A DNA stretch of 46,305 bases from Candidatus Magasanikiibacteriota bacterium. Its GTDB lineage: Bacteria > Patescibacteriota > Patescibacteriia > Magasanikbacterales > UBA922. How positions within the stretch are numbered: position 1 is the first letter of the stretch; every line of letters starts with the position of its first letter. Positions 1 through 7,401 of this stretch are shown here, piece by piece. The notes under the pieces were generated by a model. The model made no database searches. It was not told the DNA's origin and saw nothing but the letters and a program-made list of their open reading frames with translations. A program made the translations under genes and the position numbers. The stretch is taken from assembly GCA_043825135.1 (NCBI GenBank), contig JBDRSF010000022.1, positions 1 through 46,305 of the forward strand, given 5' to 3'.

Positions 1-285
1 GTATTTTCATTTTTAGAGTTTATCCAACACTCTCTAGCACAAGCCATAGCCAGTACTATTCTCGTTTTTTGGATAGCCCAGATTTCAACCGCCCGAAGCC
101 GTGACCGCGGACTGTTTCGTTTACTTTCCAAATATATTATACCACAAAAACAAAGCGCTCGCACCGGTCGTATTCTGAAAGTATCAGAACCGTACCGATG
201 CGAGCGAGCCTGCCTGACGGCAGGCGACCAAGTAGCCAAGTAACCCAAGTGTCCTCTAGTACCGAGGACCCAAGGGATCAAGTGC

Positions 286-747
286 CTACTTGCGACGAAG
301 GACGCGAACGAGGCCGTACCAGTCGAGGCCGAGCCAGTGCCAGCCCTGGACCCAGCCATCATCGTCCCAGTAGACGTAGGCGACGCGCACGGGAACGCCA
401 GGGAGACGCCAGTCCGTAAAGACAAAGACGATCTTGCCACGAAGAGCAACAGGAATCTCATCCTGATGCTTCAGGAGGTGTTCACCTTCCTCCTTGCCGA
501 GGTTGGCGTTCATCTCCTTGGCTCGGATAACCATCGTGTCGCCCTTCACGCTCTTCTCGTTTCCCTTGAGGAATCCGAGCAAATCGTAGGTGCGACCGCC
601 GATGGTCATCTCGATCGGGATCGCGTCTGCGACGAGCGTCTTCGCGAACTGACGAACCCTCTCCGTGTTGTCGGAGCTGACGAGTGCGTCAAACAGCTCG
701 TCGCCAATCTCCCTCTGCAGGTGTGCCGTTGAACGATGGGTATCCAT
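286..747 (-). CDS. Orphan GC-rich protein, 153 aa (cassette A); no family recognised
   Basis: Open minus-strand frame with AGGAG 8 nt before the ATG at 747 and its own TTGACA-17-TATAAT promoter upstream. GC-rich codons. Trp/Tyr-rich C-terminus ...YVYWDDDGWVQGWHWLGLDWYGLVRVLRRK. Overlapping plus-strand ORFs (198-419, 337-732) have no start signals. Confidence 0.6.
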   Translation of the reverse strand: MDTHRSTAHLQREIGDELFDALVSSDNTERVRQFAKTLVADAIPIEMTIGGRTYDLLGFLKGNEKSVKGDTMVIRAKEMNANLGKEEGEHLLKHQDEIPVALRGKIVFVFTDWRLPGVPVRVAYVYWDDDGWVQGWHWLGLDWYGLVRVLRRK

Positions 748-908
748 TTCCCTCTCTCCTTGGCTCCTCTATGTGAGAAACCTTACTCCTCGCCGAAGTT
801 GACAAAGAGGAAGAAACTGGGTTATCCCAGCCTTCTTTTTAACTTTTTTGCTAAAACAAGCCAAAAAGAAAGCTGAAAAAACTATCTTTTTAAAGGAAAT
901 AATGATGT

Positions 909-937
909 ATTATAGCACATTTTGGAGGTTTTGTCAA
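909..937 (-). promoter_or_regulatory. Consensus sigma70-type promoter for cassette A
   Basis: On the minus strand: TTGACA (932-937), 17-nt spacer, TATAAT (909-914). 35/38 identical to the copy at 2262-2299. Confidence 0.6.
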
Positions 938-943
938 CCCCTG

Positions 944-1370
944 CACCATTCTGAAGATATTTATTGATTTAACGACAGTTTAAGCCGCTAGGCGCCTCAC
1001 GGCTTGGATAGTGGTTTATCACTGGACGTTGCCAGAATGGTGTGGGGTCAATAGCACCCCCAAGATGGACTAACTCACGACTGAAAGGAGTGATTCTCGC
1101 AGGAGTGATGCACGACCAAAGGAGTGCGTCATCCGAGCGACGTTGCTTCTAATTGACCCACTCCCTGTGGGTCGTGGGTCACTCCTTGGTTTTAATACTC
1201 TTTATATCTATATTCCATTTTAATTTTTTTCGCTCATTTTGCCCCACTCTACGGCGAGCCATGACCCAACCGCATTCTGGGACGGCAGAATGGCGTGATT
1301 TTTCAAACGCCAACCGTAGCCAACGTTATTATGTAAAATCTAATTCTAATTTTAACACAAATTTATTTAA
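944..1370. ncRNA. Candidate structured RNA / unknown element between the two GC-rich cassettes (strand unresolved)
   Basis: 10-bp long-range pairing of CACCATTCTG (944-953) with CAGAATGGTG (1033-1042). Nested hairpins; three GGAGTG (1087, 1102, 1121) and two CACTCC (1159, 1180) on the same strand. GACCCAC (1155-1161) can pair with either of two tandem GTGGGTC (1167-1173, 1174-1180). Three-stem fold at 1249-1319. No convincing ORF. Confidence 0.3.
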
Positions 1371-1412
1371 AAAAGAAGAACCCTCGATCCGCGTGATGCG
1401 AACCGAGGATCC
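1369..1412 (-). terminator. Rho-independent terminator after cassette B ORF
   Basis: Minus strand: GGAUCCUCGGUUCGC / GCGGAUCGAGGGUUC form a 15-bp stem (4 G-U pairs) with loop AUCAC, followed by UUCUUUUUU. The wobble pairs would be C-A mismatches on the plus strand, so it is strand specific. Confidence 0.6.
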
Positions 1413-1469
1413 AAACGACCAGTGTCCGGACACCTGCTCGACGTGTGTCGAGCCAAGTGTCCAGGTGAC

Positions 1470-2090
1470 CTATGACCGCTTGCGGAGGACGAGCCACGCA
1501 CAGTCCGGATAGAACCTGTTGGAAACGCTGCACAAGTTCAGCTTGCGTTGCCTGTGGCCGTTCCAGTAGTGGCTGAAGATCGGCAGGCAAAGACCGCCGT
1601 CGGAGTCCTGCGCAGAAACTGGGACGACCAGCGGGCGGGCCAGTTGAGCGTCTAAATGGTTGGCGACGTACTCCATGGCACGTCTGACACCGCAGAAACG
1701 GATTTCGCCTTTCTTCACCATCTCTGCCAGACGACGAAGCTTTTCCTCGCCGGTGGCATTGTCCGAGAAAAAGTGCTCTTTGACTTCCCATTCAGACTCG
1801 TCTGGAGCAACCGGCTCCAACGGCCAACGGGCCTCGGTGAAGTCCGGGTTGAACCAATACTGCTGACAGGCGGTGAGGAGTTGTTGCCACGACTTTTGGA
1901 CGATAGTAGTTGCCTTGTTGGCGTACCGCATAATCGTGGTGGCCAACTCGCGCCGTAGTTCGGCGTTCGTGCCGATGAGAGCGATGTCTTCGTCCGAACC
2001 ACCCAGACCCAACACCTCGTCAATGAGAGCCTTGAAGATAACAAACATCTTCCCGAATGCCTTCAGAAACTCACTTTTCTTACGAGCCAT
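1470..2090 (-). CDS. Orphan GC-rich protein, 206 aa (cassette B); no family recognised
   Basis: GGAGG 6 nt before the ATG at 2090, with its own TTGACA-17-TATAAT promoter. C-terminus ...HYWNGHRQRKLNLCSVSNRFYPDCAWLVLRKRS resembles the cassette A C-terminus. Five overlapping alternative-frame ORFs are typical of GC-rich DNA and lack start signals. Confidence 0.6.
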   Translation of the reverse strand: MARKKSEFLKAFGKMFVIFKALIDEVLGLGGSDEDIALIGTNAELRRELATTIMRYANKATTIVQKSWQQLLTACQQYWFNPDFTEARWPLEPVAPDESEWEVKEHFFSDNATGEEKLRRLAEMVKKGEIRFCGVRRAMEYVANHLDAQLARPLVVPVSAQDSDGGLCLPIFSHYWNGHRQRKLNLCSVSNRFYPDCAWLVLRKRS

Positions 2091-2270
2091 GATACACCTC
2101 CCAAATTTGCGACCTACTCTTTACTAGTACACCATGTACCAGTCTAAAGCTTGTCACACCAAAACTGGGAACAATTCCCAGCCACATTTTTATCTTTTTG
2201 TCTAAAATAAGACAAAAAACTGGCTGGAAAAAAGTTATAAATAGTTAATATTATAAGGAACTAATGATAT

Positions 2271-2299
2271 ATTATAGCATATTTTGGGGGTTTTGTCAA
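2271..2299 (-). promoter_or_regulatory. Consensus sigma70-type promoter for cassette B
   Basis: On the minus strand: TTGACA (2294-2299), 17-nt spacer, TATAAT (2271-2276). Duplicate of 909-937. Confidence 0.6.
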
Positions 2300-3381
2300 T
2301 AGCATGTACAGGATGAGTACATAGGTAACACTTTTGAAAAATTAAGTGGTGTTTCATAACCGAGTGTTTGGTGTGGTCTATGGAAGTTGTATTCTATCAA
2401 CCATTCTGTCAGTTTTTGATTGAATATTTCAGGATCGGGATGAAAATTACCAAGATTTAGAAATTCTGTCTGTAGGGTCTGGTTAAATCTTTCATTGTCA
2501 GGATTATCTTTCGGTGTTCTCACTCTTGAGTAGTATTGCTCAATTAAAAGTTTTTTGCAAGCTTCTTTAAAATATTTTTCAAATTCAGAACCATTATCAT
2601 GACCTACTTTGGGTATTTTTCCATCCAACAAGTAATGTAGGCGATAAAGAAAATCTTTACTGTTAGTCGTGCTTTTGGTTTTGTACATTCTGGCAAATGC
2701 TACTTTACCATATTTGTCTATAGCAGTGAATATGTAGCGTTTTAGTCCGCAAGAATAGATAACTATAGTATCCAAACAAATGATGTAACCGGCTTTTTTC
2801 TTGTACCACGGCAATTTGTTTAAATTCAATTCAGTGATTCGTTTCTTTTTCCCCGTCCCTCGCCTTTTTTTGCTGATTTTAGCTGTTTTTGTGGGGTTTA
2901 AGTACAATTTATGCTTAGTAATAACTCTTTGTATTTTCCATGAAGATATTTGTTCACCATATTTTCCTTTGTAGAGTTTAGCCAGTTTAATCTTGCCATA
3001 TTGCATGTATTTCTTTCTTAGTAGTATTACCCTTTCTTCTTGGGCAGGTGTAATCTCGGGCTGTCTGACATGCTGAGGAGCTTTGGATTTATCCTCTAAT
3101 TTGCGCAGGCTGTAAATATTATCTTCGTCAAAGAGATTAAACCACTTGTAAAAGGTTTTTCGGGATATTCCGAAATGTCGAGAGGTCTGCTGTACAGAAT
3201 TACCCTGATAATTGTAGATTATCCATTCCAGTCGCATTCTGGCTGTTTTAGATAGTTTTAGTATCTTGGCTACTCGACGCCAACGTTCATGTTTATCCAA
3301 AAGTTTAGTGCCCCTGACAAAGTCTGTGCCCCAATTTTTCGTAAACAGCCATTTGTAGGTATTTGTATCAAGACTAGCCAT
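2296..3381 (-). CDS. DDE (rve/integrase-core) transposase, IS481/IS3-like
   Basis: N-terminal HTH-like region, then integrase core ...HDNGSEFEKYF...RVRTPKDNPDNERFNQTLQTEF...YNFHRPHQTL. The stop codon lies just outside the left IR. Confidence 0.85.
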   Translation of the reverse strand: MASLDTNTYKWLFTKNWGTDFVRGTKLLDKHERWRRVAKILKLSKTARMRLEWIIYNYQGNSVQQTSRHFGISRKTFYKWFNLFDEDNIYSLRKLEDKSKAPQHVRQPEITPAQEERVILLRKKYMQYGKIKLAKLYKGKYGEQISSWKIQRVITKHKLYLNPTKTAKISKKRRGTGKKKRITELNLNKLPWYKKKAGYIICLDTIVIYSCGLKRYIFTAIDKYGKVAFARMYKTKSTTNSKDFLYRLHYLLDGKIPKVGHDNGSEFEKYFKEACKKLLIEQYYSRVRTPKDNPDNERFNQTLQTEFLNLGNFHPDPEIFNQKLTEWLIEYNFHRPHQTLGYETPLNFSKVLPMYSSCTCY

Positions 3382-3480
3382 AATTTATGAGATTACAAGG
3401 TTGTTATTTAACATCCAATTTTAGCAAAACCTGCGGTTTTGGGCAAATCAGAGTGTTACCTATGTATCTCATCTTGTGCA
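2305..3480 (-). mobile_element. IS481-like insertion sequence (about 1.18 kb)
   Basis: Terminal inverted repeats TGTACAGGATGAGTACATAGGTAACACT (2305-) and, reverse-complemented from 3452-3480, TGCACAAGATGAGATACATAGGTAACACT. They enclose a single DDE/rve transposase ORF. Confidence 0.75.
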
Positions 3481-3636
3481 GGCCTAAACTATTTTTATAC
3501 AGGACTAGTCCACAACCCAATGGAGTGAATTACTTAGAAAAGAAAGCTCACAAAAAACGCACTCCCTCTCGGTCGTGCGTCAGTCCTTATCGTGTTTATG
3601 TGTTTAAATGTTTATATGTTTTAGTGTTTAAATACT

Positions 3637-5049
3637 CTAATATCTATAATGCTCCGACTTATACGGCCCTTTCTTATCAATCCCAATATAATCAGCTTGT
3701 TCATCTGTAAGCTCGGTTAGTTTTACGCCAATTTTTTCAAGATGTAATCTGGCCACTTCTTCATCCAAATGTTTAGCCAGTCTAAATACACCAACTTCAT
3801 AATCATTTTGCCACAAATCAATTTGTGCCAAAACTTGATTGGCAAAACTATTACTCATCACAAAACTTGGATGACCAGTGGCACAACCAAGATTCATTAA
3901 ACGACCTTCAGCAAGCATATATATTTCGTGACCGTCTGAAAATTTATATTTATCAACCTGTGGTTTGATATTAATTTTTTCTACATCAGATCTTTTATTT
4001 AATGGCTCAACTTGAATTTCATTATCAAAATGTCCGATATTAGATACAATTGCTTGGTCTTTCATTTTTTCCATGTGATCTACTGTAATAATATCTTTAT
4101 TTCCAGTAGTAGTTACATATATATCACCCTCTCCCAATGTATCCTCAACGGTTGCAACCTCGTAACCTTCCACAGCAGCTTGCAAAGCACAAATTGGATC
4201 TATCTCAGTCACTATTACTCGTGCACCTTGTCCACGCAAAGCTTGAGCACAGCCCTTTCCCACATCGCCATAACCACAAACAACCGCGACTTTACCACCA
4301 ATCATTACATCCATGGCACGATTAAGACCGTCTATTACACTATGACGACAACCATAAATATTATCAAATTTGGATTTAGTCACACTGTCATTGACATTAA
4401 TAGCTGGAAATAATAACTGACCTTTCTCATGCATTTGATAAAGACGATGCACGCCAGTGGTTGTTTCTTCTGATACGCCTTTTATTTTCTCAGCAACCCC
4501 TATCCAACGAGTTGGGTTCTTTTTATATTCTTTTCCCAACAACTTCATTAACTCAACAAAATCCGGCTCACTATCTGTGTAATCTGTGTCTAAAATCTGT
4601 GGATCACGTTCAATCTTTACACCTTGGTGAACCATCATAGTGGCATCTCCGCCGTCATCTACAATCATATCTGGCCCCTCGCCATTACCAAAGTTAAGTG
4701 CCTGCTCAGTACACCACCAATATTCTTCTAGTGTCTCACCTTTCCAGGCAAAAACAGGAATACCTGCTTTTGCAATTGCTGCGGCTGCGTGATCTTGAGT
4801 AGAAAAAATGTTACAAGAGGCCCAACGAACTTTAGCCCCTAAAACAACTAGAGTCTCAATCAAAACTGCGGTCTGAATTGTCATGTGCAAAGAACCCGTA
4901 ATTTTTACGCCTTTTAGAGGTTGTTCCTTTATATATTTTTCTCTAATTGCCATAAGACCAACCATTTCTTTTTCTGCAATATTAATTTCTTTCCGACCCC
5001 ATTCGGCTAATGACAGGTCTTTTATTTTATAATCTTTTGTTTCGTCCAT
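3637..5049 (-). CDS. ahcY: Adenosylhomocysteinase
   Basis: 470 aa. Typical SAHH N-terminus ([25 protein letters not shown]) and NAD-binding GYGDVGKG motif. Confidence 0.95.
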   Translation of the reverse strand: MDETKDYKIKDLSLAEWGRKEINIAEKEMVGLMAIREKYIKEQPLKGVKITGSLHMTIQTAVLIETLVVLGAKVRWASCNIFSTQDHAAAAIAKAGIPVFAWKGETLEEYWWCTEQALNFGNGEGPDMIVDDGGDATMMVHQGVKIERDPQILDTDYTDSEPDFVELMKLLGKEYKKNPTRWIGVAEKIKGVSEETTTGVHRLYQMHEKGQLLFPAINVNDSVTKSKFDNIYGCRHSVIDGLNRAMDVMIGGKVAVVCGYGDVGKGCAQALRGQGARVIVTEIDPICALQAAVEGYEVATVEDTLGEGDIYVTTTGNKDIITVDHMEKMKDQAIVSNIGHFDNEIQVEPLNKRSDVEKINIKPQVDKYKFSDGHEIYMLAEGRLMNLGCATGHPSFVMSNSFANQVLAQIDLWQNDYEVGVFRLAKHLDEEVARLHLEKIGVKLTELTDEQADYIGIDKKGPYKSEHYRY

Positions 5050-5063
5050 ACTTATTTAAATAA

Positions 5064-6059
5064 TTAACCACGATAAATTAAAAAAGTAATATACAAAATA
5101 TATGAAACTACTAAAATTCCACCCTCCCACCTATCAATCCTATAGGTTTTAGAAGTCATTTTTTCTACAAAACGCCTGCCTTGAATAAACATAAACACAA
5201 GCAAAATAACAGTCGCACCAATATTAACCAAAAGGTCAAGATTGACCGCTGGATTAAATTGCAATGGCAAAATTGTTGAAGTAAGACCTAAAATCCAAAA
5301 AACATTAAAGATATTAGAACCAATAATATTACCAACTGCCAAATCATCGTGACCATGGCGCAGGGCAATAAGCGAAGTAACTAATTCAGGTAAAGATGTC
5401 CCAACAGCTACAATAGTTAACCCTATTAGAACCTCTGATAAACCGGCTAATCTAGCTAAAATAACGGCATTATCAACTAACAATTTTCCTCCTGCCACCA
5501 AACCAACAAGTCCTAAAAGCAATAATATTATAGACAATAGCCAAGAATAAGATTTTACCTTCTCCTCGCCGTCTTTTTGCACCTTAGCAATTCCAAATGC
5601 ATAATAAAGAAATATTAAGAAAAAAGCCATCAAAACTATACCATCTGTCCTGCTTAAAATACTAAAACCAGTTCCATCAAGCAACGCATCATTTCCTAAT
5701 ACAAAAACCAAAATAGCTGCCAAAAGAGCGAATGGTATCTCTTTCCTAATTGTACTATTATGTACTTTCAGCCCCCCTGCCAATCCACAAATACCTAAAA
5801 TTAACAAAATATTAGAAATATTACTGCCAATTACATTACCAATGGCAATATCTGCTGTACCCTTAATTGCTGAAAAAATATTAACTGCCAACTCTGGTGC
5901 TGAGGTACCAAAAGCCACCACAGTTAAACCAATGACTAGCGGGCTCATTCCTAATTTTTTGGCCATAGATGAAGCACCCCTTACCAATGACTCTCCACCA
6001 GCAATCAAGATGGCAAGGCCAACAATAATCAATAGAACAGGTATAATCATAAAAAACAA
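5064..6059 (-). CDS. Ca2+/Na+ antiporter, CaCA (YrbG-like) family
   Basis: Polytopic membrane protein with the two alpha-repeat signatures GTSAPELAV and GTSLPELVTS, plus GNVIGSNI repeats. Confidence 0.85.
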   Translation of the reverse strand: MFFMIIPVLLIIVGLAILIAGGESLVRGASSMAKKLGMSPLVIGLTVVAFGTSAPELAVNIFSAIKGTADIAIGNVIGSNISNILLILGICGLAGGLKVHNSTIRKEIPFALLAAILVFVLGNDALLDGTGFSILSRTDGIVLMAFFLIFLYYAFGIAKVQKDGEEKVKSYSWLLSIILLLLGLVGLVAGGKLLVDNAVILARLAGLSEVLIGLTIVAVGTSLPELVTSLIALRHGHDDLAVGNIIGSNIFNVFWILGLTSTILPLQFNPAVNLDLLVNIGATVILLVFMFIQGRRFVEKMTSKTYRIDRWEGGILVVSYILYITFLIYRG

Positions 6060-6125
6060 AGTTTATTTGATTAAAAACGGGTATATTATACCCCTGTTTA
6101 GATTTGAAATCAAGAGCCTAGTACC

Positions 6126-6242
6126 TGTCATTGCGAGGAGTCCTGATGAAATACAGGCCGACGAAGCAATCCCAGTGAATCATTTACGTTGCTTATGCTC
6201 TGGGTTTGTTTAGTCATTGTTACACATTCCTCGCAATGACAC
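6126..6242. repeat. MITE-like palindromic element, GTCATTGCGAGG...CTCGCAATGAC family
   Basis: Termini TGTCATTGCGAGG / CCTCGCAATGACA with internal CGACGAAGCAATCCCAG. A second full copy is at 38405-38520. Confidence 0.7.
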
Positions 6243-6246
6243 AACC

Positions 6247-7194
6247 CTATAGTTCCAAATTAATCACCTCGCCAAATGCATCTTCATATCTTTTCTTAAA
6301 TTCATCAATGCTAAACTTATGTTCCTGTGTGCCATAATTTTCAATTGCATAAGTAGAGGCAACAGCACCCATTTGTCCGCAAGTCTGATAATCACAACCC
6401 TGTAAATAAGCGGTAAAAAAACCAGCTCGATAAGCATCACCAGCACCGGTTGGATCATCAACTGATAGTGGCTGACATATTCCGACTTCAAAAATTTGAT
6501 CCTTAGTAGTTATTACAGACCCCCTATCTCCCAATGTTGTAATCAAAACTTCCACATGATTCAACATCTCACTCATATCCCAACCAGTTTTTTCCTGTAT
6601 TAATTTCATTTCATAATCATTACCAATCAAAAATTTAGCCTGACCAATCACAGCCATCAATTCCTGCGGACTAAAAGCTGTTATCTGCTGACCTGGATCA
6701 AAACAAAATGGAATTTTTAAATCATAGCACTCTTTGGCATGCTTTATCATGGCATTTTTGTCTGTTGGTGAGATTAAAGTAAATTTTATATCTTCTTTCA
6801 CACTGCCAATACTCAAATTAGATGCTTCAGACAGAGCACCATTATAAAAAGCTGTAATTTGATTATCATCCTTATCAGTTGTTATGTGAGCAGACGAAGT
6901 CAATCTTTCCTTTGAAACTGGTATATGATCAGTATTTATTCCTACTTTTTTTAGATAAGTAATATAATCTTCTCCGTCTTTTCCTAATGGAGCAAAAATA
7001 ATCGGATTGCCTCCCAACAATTTCATTGTATAGCCAATATTACCAGCCACACCACCATAATTTTTATTAAGCTGATCCACCACAAAACAGACATTCAAAA
7101 TATGAATCTGATCTGGCAAAATATGGTTCTTAAAACTATCTGGAAAATCCATGATATAGTCGTAAGCGAGTGAACCGGAGATTAAGATAGACAT
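6247..7194 (-). CDS. PfkB-family carbohydrate/nucleoside kinase (possibly adenosine kinase-like)
   Basis: 315 aa with the ribokinase-like fold signature DPTGAGDAYRAGF near the C-terminus. Its position two genes from ahcY suggests adenosine salvage (inference). Confidence 0.8.
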   Translation of the reverse strand: MSILISGSLAYDYIMDFPDSFKNHILPDQIHILNVCFVVDQLNKNYGGVAGNIGYTMKLLGGNPIIFAPLGKDGEDYITYLKKVGINTDHIPVSKERLTSSAHITTDKDDNQITAFYNGALSEASNLSIGSVKEDIKFTLISPTDKNAMIKHAKECYDLKIPFCFDPGQQITAFSPQELMAVIGQAKFLIGNDYEMKLIQEKTGWDMSEMLNHVEVLITTLGDRGSVITTKDQIFEVGICQPLSVDDPTGAGDAYRAGFFTAYLQGCDYQTCGQMGAVASTYAIENYGTQEHKFSIDEFKKRYEDAFGEVINLEL

Positions 7195-7283
7195 AGGTTT
7201 AGGTTTTTCAGCCAGAGGCTGATCAGCCTTTGGCTGAAGGTTAATTAGGAAAATTAAGTTTTAGATAATGAATTTGAAGAACA

Positions 7284-7399
7284 TTGTCATCCTGAACGCA
7301 GTGAAGGATCTCTCTTATCTGATTATTTTTTGAAACTATATATATTTTTTCTACATTTTTATATTTAGGAAAGATTCTTCGCTTCACTCAGAATGACAA
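7284..7399. repeat. MITE-like element, TTGTCATCCTGA...TCAGAATGACAA family
   Basis: Inverted ends TTGTCATCCTGAACGCAGTGAAGGATCTC and GATTCTTCGCTTCACTCAGAATGACAA. Solo arms of related sequence lie at 25300-25329 and 36935-36986. Confidence 0.55.
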
Positions 7400-7401
7400 T
7401 T

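Noticed and set aside
1249-1319. tRNA-like three-stem fold
   Set aside because: Stem lengths and loops do not fit a cloverleaf (7-bp 'anticodon' stem with a 6-nt loop, no T-loop GTTCRA motif).
1378-1412. Group II intron domain V-like hairpin
   Set aside because: The 15-bp stem has no 2-nt bulge, no AGC triad and no GNRA loop. With the following U tract it fits a plain terminator on the minus strand.
198-2127. Multiple overlapping ORFs in other frames/strands of the GC-rich island (198-419, 337-732, 1153-1512, 1363-1791, 1656-1958, 1660-1866, 1715-2044, 1873-2127)
   Set aside because: Long open frames arise by chance in GC-rich DNA. These lack ribosome-binding sites and promoters, and several are Arg/Pro/Ser-rich nonsense. 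The minus-strand frames 286-747 and 1470-2090 are the ones with promoter, SD and terminator.
1-2299. Diversity-generating retroelement or retron explanation for the GC-rich ORFs and the structured region
   Set aside because: No reverse transcriptase gene is in the window. I could find no template/variable repeat pair, and the C-termini do not show a recognisable C-type-lectin VR pattern.
6126-6170. Hammerhead-ribozyme-like CUGAUGA...GAA string inside the MITE
   Set aside because: There is no stem II between the conserved boxes. The sister copy at 38405 replaces CCTGATGAAATACAGG with an unrelated hairpin, so the match is coincidental.
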